From Verrucomicrobiales bacterium (GTDB lineage Bacteria > Verrucomicrobiota > Verrucomicrobiia > Verrucomicrobiales > V1-33): a DNA stretch of 64,000 nt. Positions 10,284 to 19,447 of the stretch are shown here, piece by piece. The notes beneath the pieces are model-generated. The model was not told the DNA's origin and made no database searches. It saw only the letters and a list, made by a program, of their open reading frames with translations. Made by a program: the position numbers and the translations under genes. Where the stretch lies: assembly GCA_031411295.1 (NCBI GenBank), contig JANOAV010000035.1, positions 85,043 through 149,042 of the forward strand, in the 5' to 3' direction. Position 1 is the stretch's first letter, and each line of letters begins with the position of its first letter.

Positions 10284-11117
10284 ATGGCCCAGCGGTATCT
10301 AGACCCGAAAAACGCCATCGTGTTCAAGCGCATATTTGGCGAGCATCCGCTGATTCTGCGCTCGTTTCTCAATGCGTTATTGCCATTGCCGGAGGATGGT
10401 CCGATCGTTTCACTCGAGTATCTCAATCCCGAGCAAGTGCCGCAGTTGCCGCTGCTGAAAAACTCCATCGTGGATGTTCGCTGTCGAGATCAACAGGGAC
10501 GGCAATTTATCGTGGAAATGCAAATGAACTGGACCAGTGCGTTTTTGCAACGGGTGCTCTTCAATGCCAGCAAAGCCTACGTTAGACAGCTGGAACGCGG
10601 GGAGCAATACGAACTGCTGCAGCCAGTGATGGGCCTGTCCTTGCTGGATGATATCTTTGACCGCAAGAGCGACGAATATTATCATCACTATCAATTGGTA
10701 AACACCGGTCAGCCTGAACGCGTGATTAAGGATTTACAGTTAGTGTTCGTCGAGTTACCCAAGTTCAAGCCCTCGCGAGCCATGGCTCCGCTTAAACGGG
10801 CGTGGATTCGCTTCCTGCGGGAAACGGGCGATGCGTCCACCAGTGAGGCCCAGGCTGTATTGAAATCAGAAGTAGCCAGCCAGGCCCCAGAGATTCAAAA
10901 TGCGCTGGAGTTGTCAGGCGAAGCCGGTTTCAGCCGAGGCGAATTGGAAGCCTATGACCGCTACTGGGACGCAGTGAGTTCCGAGCGCACCCTTATTTCA
11001 GGAAAATTTTCCGAAGGAAAGGCCGAAGGAAAGGCCGAAACAGAACTGGCTTTGGTAGCCAAACTTGTGGCCGGAGGCATGAGCGAAGCAGAGGCCAAAC
11101 GATTGGTTCACGATTAA
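10284..11117 (+). CDS. Rpn family PD-(D/E)XK nuclease / putative transposase
   Basis: LDPKNAIVFKRIFG, VDVRC...FIVEMQ, FVELPKF, C-terminal EGKAEGKAE repeats. Confidence 0.9.
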   Translation: MAQRYLDPKNAIVFKRIFGEHPLILRSFLNALLPLPEDGPIVSLEYLNPEQVPQLPLLKNSIVDVRCRDQQGRQFIVEMQMNWTSAFLQRVLFNASKAYVRQLERGEQYELLQPVMGLSLLDDIFDRKSDEYYHHYQLVNTGQPERVIKDLQLVFVELPKFKPSRAMAPLKRAWIRFLRETGDASTSEAQAVLKSEVASQAPEIQNALELSGEAGFSRGELEAYDRYWDAVSSERTLISGKFSEGKAEGKAETELALVAKLVAGGMSEAEAKRLVHD

Positions 11118-11132
11118 GGGCATTGCACGTAG

Positions 11133-11166
11133 AAAAAGCCGCTTGGGGGCACCAAGCGGTTTTTTG
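11133..11166. terminator. Bidirectional Rho-independent terminator
   Basis: aaaaagccgcttgg-gggca-ccaagcggtttttt. Confidence 0.85.
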
Positions 11167-11659
11167 ATTTGGGGAATGCGGGTCTGGTCGCGCATTTGTT
11201 TAAGAAGCTTTCGGGAAAAACTTAAGTCTGCTTCCTCCAGATCCACCCTCACGCTCGAAATCGACGCATCCTTGGACCGGTCCATGGAGCTTCCCCAGAG
11301 CAGGCGGCCATCGCTGAGACGGTGGTCGTCGTCATAGAAGGAGTTCGTCTCCATGACTTCCCTTGGTAGCGCCCAAGTTCGTTTCAACGCTTAATATCAG
11401 TCATAAGAGCGTTCATGCTTACTTCCGGACGCTTTCGTCATTTCCACCACTGACAGTGTGGAATTTACAGACAATCTGCTGGAGGGATGCCGCTTTTAGC
11501 GGCTCGGCTGCTGTTGTCTGGTGGCTTGGCAGGGAATGAGACGGGCTGAAAAGAAATTTTTAGTCGGCAATCATTTCTTGCGCAAATCACAAAAACATCG
11601 CAGAACTACCCCGGCTAATTCCCCCCGAACCCCAAAATTTTCGATCTACCCTAATTCCC

Positions 11660-13219
11660 ATGATTCTGACTACCTGTATTCAAAGTATCGCATTCGCAGC
11701 CTTTCTTGTTTTCCCCGAAGGGGACAGCAAGGGCCTCCAAGGAGAACTCAAGACCGCTTATGAAGCGCTGCAGACCAATGACTACGCCAAGGCGTTGAAG
11801 GGTTTCAAGGGCTTGGCTGACAAAAATGACAAGAAAGCACTGCTGGCCATGGGACGGATTTATCAACAAGGCCTGCCTGGCAAGGATGGCGTCCAGCCGG
11901 ATCTCAAAGCAGCCGAGGGATACTATCGGAAGGCCAGCGCTGCCGGAGAAGAAGCTGCCGGGTTGGAATTGGCGGTAATCCTGCTGGGCGATGCGGCCGA
12001 CGCCAAGCGCCAGAAGGAAGGTCAGGACCTGCTGAAAACGGCGGCGGAGAAATCCTCCAAAGCCATGCTTCTGCTAGGACAACTGCAAGCCAACGGTCAG
12101 GGTTTCACCCAGGACCTGTCGGCGGCACGGGAAAATTTCGAGAAAGCCGCCTCCAAAGGCGAAGGCGAGGCCTACAATTTCCTGGCCCAGATGTATGAAT
12201 CTGGCAAAGGCGTGAAACAAAGCCTGCAGGACGCAGTGGACAACTATGAGAATGCCGCCAAGCTCGATTCGGTTACTTCGATGCTCAAGCTGGGCAACAT
12301 TTACGCGAATGGCGTTAAGGATGGCGACAAGGAATTGATCAAGCCAGATCTGGCCAAGGCCAAATCTTATCTCCAAACCGCTGCCGCCAAGGAAGATGAC
12401 AAAAAGCACGGCACCACCGGCACCATGAACCTGGCCGCCTTCTATGAACTCTATGAGAAGAAGCCGGAAGACGCCTTGGCCGCTTACAAGAAGGCCGCGG
12501 AGATCGGTGATTACAACGCCATGGTCAAGGTGGGCAACATGCTGACGGACGGCCAAGGCACGGCCAAGAATCCCGAGAGCGCTTTCAAATCCTATCTCGC
12601 ATCGACTGCGGAGACCGAATCTGGTAAACTCAGCGGCAGTCCTGCGGGCATGATGGCCGTTTCCATCTCGTATGAAAAGGGCACTGGGGTGAAGGCAGAT
12701 CCGGCCAAGGCCAAACAATGGCTGATGTATTCCGCGATCGGCGGATATGCTCCCGCCATGCGGCAACTCGGCGTTAATTACAAGGACGGCAAAAGTGCCC
12801 TCAAGGACATCGTGGCCTCCATCACTTGGCTGCAAAAAGCCTTGGCGGCGGGCGATGCGGAATCTGCCATGATCCTCTCCGAAATGCTGGAAAAGGGGGA
12901 AAGCGATCTGCCGCAAGATTTCCGTCAAAGCAACGCCCTGCTGACCAAGGTGGCCGAAGCGGGATCCCCCGAAGCGCAACTCCGCCTCGCCAACAACAAC
13001 TACGAAGGCAAAGGGACCTCCAAGGATGTCATCCGCGCCTATGCTTTATTGCTGGCCGCTGGTGATTACGAGCCCGCCAAGAAAAAGCGCGAGGAAGTGG
13101 TTAAAACACTGACCAAGGAACAAATCGCAGAAGCCAACAAGGAAGTGGACCGCATGCGCAACAAGCCATCTGCCGCAGTGGCCCCAGCTGACGCCAAAGG
13201 GGCTGATAAAGCCAAATAA
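11660..13219 (+). CDS. Sel1-like repeat protein, probably exported
   Basis: Repeated A..LG..Y..G.GV..D...A...Y..AA units; hydrophobic N-terminus. Confidence 0.9.
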   Translation: MILTTCIQSIAFAAFLVFPEGDSKGLQGELKTAYEALQTNDYAKALKGFKGLADKNDKKALLAMGRIYQQGLPGKDGVQPDLKAAEGYYRKASAAGEEAAGLELAVILLGDAADAKRQKEGQDLLKTAAEKSSKAMLLLGQLQANGQGFTQDLSAARENFEKAASKGEGEAYNFLAQMYESGKGVKQSLQDAVDNYENAAKLDSVTSMLKLGNIYANGVKDGDKELIKPDLAKAKSYLQTAAAKEDDKKHGTTGTMNLAAFYELYEKKPEDALAAYKKAAEIGDYNAMVKVGNMLTDGQGTAKNPESAFKSYLASTAETESGKLSGSPAGMMAVSISYEKGTGVKADPAKAKQWLMYSAIGGYAPAMRQLGVNYKDGKSALKDIVASITWLQKALAAGDAESAMILSEMLEKGESDLPQDFRQSNALLTKVAEAGSPEAQLRLANNNYEGKGTSKDVIRAYALLLAAGDYEPAKKKREEVVKTLTKEQIAEANKEVDRMRNKPSAAVAPADAKGADKAK

Positions 13220-13242
13220 CTCAAGAGTTCAAATCCAAATCC

Positions 13243-13284
13243 GCAAACGGGCTGATCCTAACCAGGGTCAGCTCGTTTGCTTTT
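13243..13284 (+). terminator. Rho-independent terminator after the Sel1 gene
   Basis: gcaaacgggctgatcct-aacc-agggtcagctcgtttgc followed by tttt. Confidence 0.75.
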
Positions 13285-13573
13285 CCCAGGGACTGGGGCC
13301 TTGGAAGAGGAGGCAGCGCGACCCGATGACCAAGCCAAACGGTAGAATGTGAGGCAGCCCGCTGGGCTGATCTACACTGATTATTCCACAGCCGCCACTG
13401 GGAGAGGTGTGCTTCCAATAAAGGGCTTCGCCTGTGGAATAAACCCTCCTACCAGGCGCTCCTCCGTGAAAATTATTCCTTGCCACCCGGGCCAGCGAGC
13501 AGGATGCGAAACCCTGCTGATTGCCAATTTACGTCAACTGAGCACCAGCATCCCCCCTCCAATCTGATTTTCC

Positions 13574-15304
13574 ATGCAACTATCCCGCATCCTTGCCTAC
13601 GTCCGGCGTTATCCCAACATGATCGTGCTGCAACTGCTCAGCGCCATCGGGGGGGCCTTGATTGTGTGGGTGCCGCCGTGGGCCATTCAACAAATTGTCG
13701 ATGGCGTGAACAAGCACATCGGCACCACTGCCCTGCTCCCCATGGCCGGGTTGGCTGCGCTGGCTTACTTCGGACGGGATTTCCTGAACGGGACCCGAAT
13801 CATGCTGAATAATACGTTAGAGCAAAAGGTCATTCGCGACATCCGCAGCGATCTCTACGAACGCTTGCAGCGTCTCCCGCTCCCATGGTTCGACAGCAAA
13901 CCCACAGGCGATCTCATGACCACCGTGGCCGAGGACGTGCCCAGTATGGAACGCATGTTGATCGATGGGGTGGAGCAGGGGCTCGTAGCCGTGCTGCAAA
14001 TCCTGGCCGTGGGAGCGTATTTATTTCACATTAACCATCAGTTAGCATTGATGACGCTGGTGCCCATTCCGCTGCTAGCCATCGGGGCTTTGCTTTACAC
14101 ACTGACGGCCAAGGGCCGCTACAAAGCCATGCGCACCGCCACCAGCGAAATGAATTCGCTGCTGCACGATAACATTTCCGGCATTCGGCAAATCAAGGCC
14201 TACGGCATGGAGAAGGATGAACATGACCGCTTCAACAGCTATAGCAATCGGCTGCGCCTGGCCACCCTGAAAGTCATGCGCACTTGGGCGGTCTATAATC
14301 CCACCATGAGCTTCCTGGGCTCCATGGGCGTGGTGCTCGTGTTGCTGAGCGTTGGCTTCAACTGGGTAACGGTCACTCCGAGCCCGGGCGAACTAACCGG
14401 TCTGCTCTGGAGCCTGGTTCTGTTCTATGAACCCGTGGGCCGACTCCATTCGCTTAATCAAATTTTCCAAGCGGGCCGGGCCGCCTCCGAGCGCGTCTTC
14501 GGTATCCTGGATGCCGCAGAAGAGCCTCACGTCAGCGATGGGGCGACGCTGAAAATCTCGTCCGCGCATGTGAAATTCGACAACGTGGTCTTCACCTATA
14601 GCGGTAAAAACGCCACCCTGCGTGGGGTTAGTCTGGAAGCGAAGCCCGGCCAGACCATCGCCCTCGTCGGGCCGACGGGAGCCGGGAAATCCACTGCGAT
14701 CAATCTACTAACACGCTTCTACGAGGCGGAATCCGGCACCATCACGATCGACGACCAAAACATCCAAACTCTCTCCAAGCCCAGTCTGCGGGCCGCCATC
14801 GGCTATGTGACCCAGGAAAGTTTCCTCTTCAATGGCACCGTGCGCGACAACCTTGTCATCGCCAAGCGGGATGCCACCGACGAAGATCTCTGGCGCGTGC
14901 TGGAAGCCGCCAACGCCAAAGCCTTCGTCGAGCGCCTGCCGGAACTCTTGGATACCCAAGTGGGCGAACGCGGGGTGCGCCTCAGCGTGGGAGAGAAACA
15001 ACGCATTTCCATTGCTCGCGCCTTGCTGAAGAACCCGCCCATCCTGCTGCTGGATGAAGCCACTGCCAGTGTGGACACAGAAACGGAACGCCTCATCCAG
15101 GAAGCGTTGGAGCGCCTCATGGTCAACCGCACCAGCCTCGTCATCGCCCACCGCCTCAGCACCGTGCGCCACGCAGATCGCATCTACGTGTTCGATCAAG
15201 GACAGATCGTAGAACAAGGCACCCATGAAGAACTGCTAGCCGAAAACGGCCTCTACGCCGACCTCTGCCGCAAATCCCTCATGGCCGAGCCAGCCGCAGT
15301 CTAG
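13574..15304 (+). CDS. ABC exporter, fused permease/ATP-binding (MsbA-like)
   Basis: N-terminal TM domain; GPTGAGKS, LSVGEKQR, LLLDEAT, IAHRLST. Confidence 0.95.
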   Translation: MQLSRILAYVRRYPNMIVLQLLSAIGGALIVWVPPWAIQQIVDGVNKHIGTTALLPMAGLAALAYFGRDFLNGTRIMLNNTLEQKVIRDIRSDLYERLQRLPLPWFDSKPTGDLMTTVAEDVPSMERMLIDGVEQGLVAVLQILAVGAYLFHINHQLALMTLVPIPLLAIGALLYTLTAKGRYKAMRTATSEMNSLLHDNISGIRQIKAYGMEKDEHDRFNSYSNRLRLATLKVMRTWAVYNPTMSFLGSMGVVLVLLSVGFNWVTVTPSPGELTGLLWSLVLFYEPVGRLHSLNQIFQAGRAASERVFGILDAAEEPHVSDGATLKISSAHVKFDNVVFTYSGKNATLRGVSLEAKPGQTIALVGPTGAGKSTAINLLTRFYEAESGTITIDDQNIQTLSKPSLRAAIGYVTQESFLFNGTVRDNLVIAKRDATDEDLWRVLEAANAKAFVERLPELLDTQVGERGVRLSVGEKQRISIARALLKNPPILLLDEATASVDTETERLIQEALERLMVNRTSLVIAHRLSTVRHADRIYVFDQGQIVEQGTHEELLAENGLYADLCRKSLMAEPAAV

Positions 15305-15407
15305 CCCGCATTTCTCACCAGATTCAGCTGCGGCCCCCACGCAGCACTTGGGCACTAACCGTGTTTATGGGATTGCAAGAGCCCCTGCCCGGTATGATTG
15401 TGCGAAC

Positions 15408-16298
15408 ATGAGAAATTTTCTTAATTCAGCAAGGTTGTGCTGGGGCGTGATGTGCTTCTGGCTGACTGGGCCGCCACTCGTCTGCGCACGTGAATTTACC
15501 AACGCTGAGGGGAAGCAGCTTGAGGGAACGATTGTCTCCGCTACGAAGGATAATTTTGTCATTGAAACACCAGAACGGAAACGCCTGACCATTCCCCTGA
15601 ATAAAGTGGTGGCTGCTGACCGGGAATTTGTGGTGCAGTGGCGGAAGGTCAATCCTGAGATCAAACTAACGGTGTCGGCCATGAAATAGCGATCCGAAAA
15701 AGGAACCCCGTCCGCGAGTGGGAGGATTGATCAAGGGCATTGGAAAATCACGATCAAAAACAACACCCCGGAGCCGGTGGAAAACCTCAAGCTATACTAC
15801 CTGCAGGTTAAGGAACTGAAGGACGAGATGGAAACGGAGCGGAGCAAGATGCTCAAGATTTTCAAAGAAGCCGGTTCGATGGACTTGGAACCGCTGCCGG
15901 CTTTCGGTTCTATCGTGATGAACACGAATGATCTAACGGTGGGAAACTTTTACGGCACGAACACCGCCGGTTACGTCGAGAAGTGGACCTCTGATCTGAA
16001 CGCCCTGAATGTCGAAATCCTCTGGGGCAAACGACCAGTGTCCACTACGACTATTGGGAATTATGCCGGTCTGGGGTCAGGGCAGGCGGAAGTTGAGAAG
16101 CTAGCGAAGGATGGCGAACTCTCCGAGGAAGATCGCACCAAGGCGCGGGAGGAACGGAAGCAAAAGCGTCTGGACGCCCAAGTCGATCGGGATGGCGAGA
16201 AAGTAAATCCAACTGCGACGGAGGACACGGAGAAGGTTGGCGGCTCTGCGACGGAGCGGGACGGAGAATCGGTGCAGACCAAGCTCAAGCAAAAATAG
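15408..16298 (+). pseudogene. Exported SHD1-like domain protein interrupted by one in-frame TAG at 15687-15689
   Basis: Signal peptide + REFTNAEGKQLEGTIV...IPLNKVVAADREFV; the two listed ORFs share a frame and the gap after the TAG is open. Confidence 0.65.
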
Positions 16299-16355
16299 TC
16301 GGCGGATTACTAATCAACTAAGGAGGGTGGACATACGGTCCCGGTTGCGGGCAGA

Positions 16356-17279
16356 CTAACCTTTCATCGGGAAGCAAACTTTCGTCCGGAGTTCCGCCTC
16401 TGGTGTGCTCTGCGGGCTGTTTTCATAAATCTCGAAGGGGTGGATCGACTTGTTGGAGCGAAACAATTTCGCCCTGCCATGACTCATGCCCGCGCTCCAG
16501 GCATTGCCGAGATGACGATAGGCACCCACATGCAGAATGGTATAGACGGGACCAGCAGGCAGGTTTCCGCTGACAAATTCGGCCGTTACTTGCGGCAGCG
16601 AGGCCACGGGAATGCCAACGGTATATTCCACGAAATTCTTCATGGGATTCCAGCGATGATACTGGGCGAAGGGGCTCCCAGTGGGCTCCAGGCCGCTTTG
16701 CTGGAACCACGATTCCAGTTTCCGGAGTGCGCGCTCCATCTCTGGACCAATGTCAGGAATGGCGCAGCGGGATTTCACTCCGATGTAGTTGCATCCGGCA
16801 AAATTATCCGCGCCCAAAAACTCCAGACGGGATGGGGCCGAGCCTTTTTCCACCACGTCTTTCAAGAGCTTGAGTCCGCGGTCATAGCCCATGCCTACGA
16901 ACGTCTCCATCATCCGTTTGAGGAAGAACATGAAGAAGGGCAGGGAGCCATCCATGCTCCAATGGACCTGCGTCCCACCGGCTTGGGGAACAAGTTCGAA
17001 GCTCACGGAGGCCACCGATTTCCAAGGCTTGAGAAAGGTGAGGCGGCAATCCATCCGATGCGCGGGATCTTCCTCGAGGAGTTCCATTTGCCCACTGCCG
17101 ATGATCTTGCCATCCCACTGATAGCTCCGGCCATCCGCAGCATACGTCATGCTGCAACCGGGCTCAATCAAGTTTCAAGGGGACCAAGCGGGCCATTGCT
17201 GAAAGTTCCGCAGCGCTGGATAAATTTGCTCTGGGGTGGCTTGGATCACAATCGATTTTCGGATGGTAAGCTTAGGCAT
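16356..17279 (-). pseudogene. SRPBCC + GyrI-like domain protein interrupted by an in-frame TGA at 17175-17177
   Basis: MPKLTIRKSIVIQATPEQIYPALRNFQQWPAWSP*NLIEP; the family motif is WSPW; C-terminal HVGAY..LGNAW and FEIYENSP. Confidence 0.8.
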
Positions 17280-17397
17280 AAGACAAATGGTGGTTGGATG
17301 CCGTTGCATTGGAGCACGGTTAGCAACTGAGAGCAAGCCAGAACTGTTTCCTGAAGCCGGACGTTAGAGGGAATGTTCCACAGGAAAGTTGCTTACG

Positions 17398-17761
17398 GGG
17401 GTGTTCAAAATCAGACTTCTAACCAATGATGTATTACTGCGTTAGTTAAGACTGTATTGTCCCCGGCAGGGGACGCAGAGCTTAGCCGGGGGTTGAGCGC
17501 AGCGATACCCCCGGTAACCTTACAAAATGACCGCATCCCGGCAGGGATGCCAGAAAAGGAGCAGGCTGGGAACATGTCAGGCTCACAATCCGATCAGATT
17601 GCCGATCTGGCATCCCTACCGGGATGCAACTCTTTAGGGATCTGTCCGGGGGTATCGCTACGCTCAACCCCGGCTAAGCACTGCGGCCCCTGCCGGGGAC
17701 AATCCCGGCTTAGATAAGGCAGGATTTATGTCCCGGTTAGGAGCCGTCTTTTGAACACCCC
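17398..17761. mobile_element. MITE-like element enclosing a ~250-bp palindromic repeat
   Basis: 13-bp terminal IR ggggtgttcaaaa/ttttgaacacccc; inner arms starting 17456 and ending 17703 pair over ~55 bp. Confidence 0.7.
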
Positions 17762-18016
17762 AGTCCCTTACCTCTACGGTGTCATTTGGATCGGCGTTGG
17801 GTTACTGCGCCTGCGTGCCAGGTTCCTTGCTAGACCACAACTTCGAAATGAAAAGTAGAGTTACAAGCGACGCGCGTCCCGCCGTCGTCATTATGCCGAG
17901 CAGATTTAACGTGTGACGGGAACGCGGCCAGCGTCGGCGGCTGGAAGCACGCCGCCCCCAGCGAAGCCTGCGGAATAATCAGTCCTAGCCGGACGCCAGA
18001 GCGAATGGAGCCGTCA

Positions 18017-19288
18017 CTACTGAATGACGGCCGCCCCAAAATAGGGCTGGAGCACTGCCGGAAGGTGAATGCTTCCATCCGGTTGCTGATACGTTTCCAG
18101 CAGGGCCACATACAAACGGGCTAGGGCCGTGCCGGAGCCGTTGAGGGTGTGCACAAAGACGTTTTTCTTCGTCTCTGGATCTTTGTATCGACAACGCAAA
18201 CGCCGTGCTTGGTAGTCACCGAAATTGGAGCAACTGGAAACCTCCAAGTAGGCTCCCTGACCTGGAGCCCAGACTTCGATGTCGTAGGTTTTACAGGCGC
18301 TGAAGCCAATATCTCCAGTGCACAGTTCAATGACGCGATAGTGCAATCCCAGCAACTGCAGCACCTTCTCGGCCTCGGCCGTGAGCGATTCCAGCTCCGC
18401 CATGGAATCCTCCGGACGGACCAGTTTCACCAATTCCACTTTGTCGAATTGATGCATTCGAATCAGGCCCCGCGTTCCCACCCCGGCAGCCCCGGCCTCG
18501 CGACGGAAGCACGGGGTGTAAGCAGTGTAACGAATCGGCAGTTGCTCGGCGGTAAGGATGTCATCCCGATGGATGTTCGTGACGGGGACTTCCGCCGTGG
18601 GAGCCAGGAACAGATCGTCCGTCTCACAGTGGTATTGTTGATCGGCAAACTTGGGCAACTGACCCGTTCCGAGGAGTGAATCCCGATTCACCAGATAGGG
18701 CGGCAAAATTTCCTCGTAACCATGTTCCCGTGTATGGAGGTCGAGCAGGAAATTAATCAACGCCCGCTCCAGGCGAGCGCCCTGGCCGCGATAGAGTGGG
18801 AAGGCACTGCCTGCGATCTTGGTGCCCAATTCGAAGTCGAATAAATTCAGGGTTTTGCCCAGCGTAACATGATCCTTAGGATCAGCCACATCCGGTTTGG
18901 TGCCCCAGACGCGGACCTCGGGATTGGCCTCCGCATCGGCCCCCACAGGGCACTCGGCGTGGGGTAGATTAGGGATGGACAGCAGCAACTCCTCCTGCCG
19001 CGCTTCCGCCGCCGCACTGGTCTTGTTTAGTTCGTCGATGGTATGGCCAATCCCCCGCATCTCAGCCTCGATGGAGGTCGTATCCTGCCCCTGCTTCTTG
19101 GCTATTCCGATGTCCTTACTGACTCGATTGCGGTCACTCTGGAGTTGTTGCTTCTCGGTCTCGGCAGAACGGCGTGCTTCATCGCAGGCTAACACGTCAT
19201 CAAGGAGTTTCCACACGTCCCCACCCCGCTGTTGCAGGCGGCGTTTGACGTCATCAGTTTGTTCACGAATTTGGCGGATATCTAGCAT
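18017..19288 (-). CDS. serS: Serine--tRNA ligase
   Basis: MLDIRQIR, PTAEVP, FRREAG, RMHQFDKVEL, EVSSCSN, HTLNGSG. Confidence 0.98.
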   Translation of the reverse strand: MLDIRQIREQTDDVKRRLQQRGGDVWKLLDDVLACDEARRSAETEKQQLQSDRNRVSKDIGIAKKQGQDTTSIEAEMRGIGHTIDELNKTSAAAEARQEELLLSIPNLPHAECPVGADAEANPEVRVWGTKPDVADPKDHVTLGKTLNLFDFELGTKIAGSAFPLYRGQGARLERALINFLLDLHTREHGYEEILPPYLVNRDSLLGTGQLPKFADQQYHCETDDLFLAPTAEVPVTNIHRDDILTAEQLPIRYTAYTPCFRREAGAAGVGTRGLIRMHQFDKVELVKLVRPEDSMAELESLTAEAEKVLQLLGLHYRVIELCTGDIGFSACKTYDIEVWAPGQGAYLEVSSCSNFGDYQARRLRCRYKDPETKKNVFVHTLNGSGTALARLYVALLETYQQPDGSIHLPAVLQPYFGAAVIQ

Positions 19289-19447
19289 AGGGCGGGTATT
19301 GTGGCGGAAATCAGACGCTGGGCAAGCGGATTCAAGACCTTCGAGTTCCCGCTCTGGCTGGAGAAAGTCACTGGCTATCCGTTTGCCGCCGCCATTGCCA
19401 AAGAGTTGGCAGGGGGAACAGAAGGCTAATTAAGCTACGAGCGAGCA

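Noticed and set aside
15687..17177. Alternative genetic code suggested by the two in-frame stops
   Set aside because: The two stops differ (TAG and TGA), and both codons end many clearly complete genes in this window.
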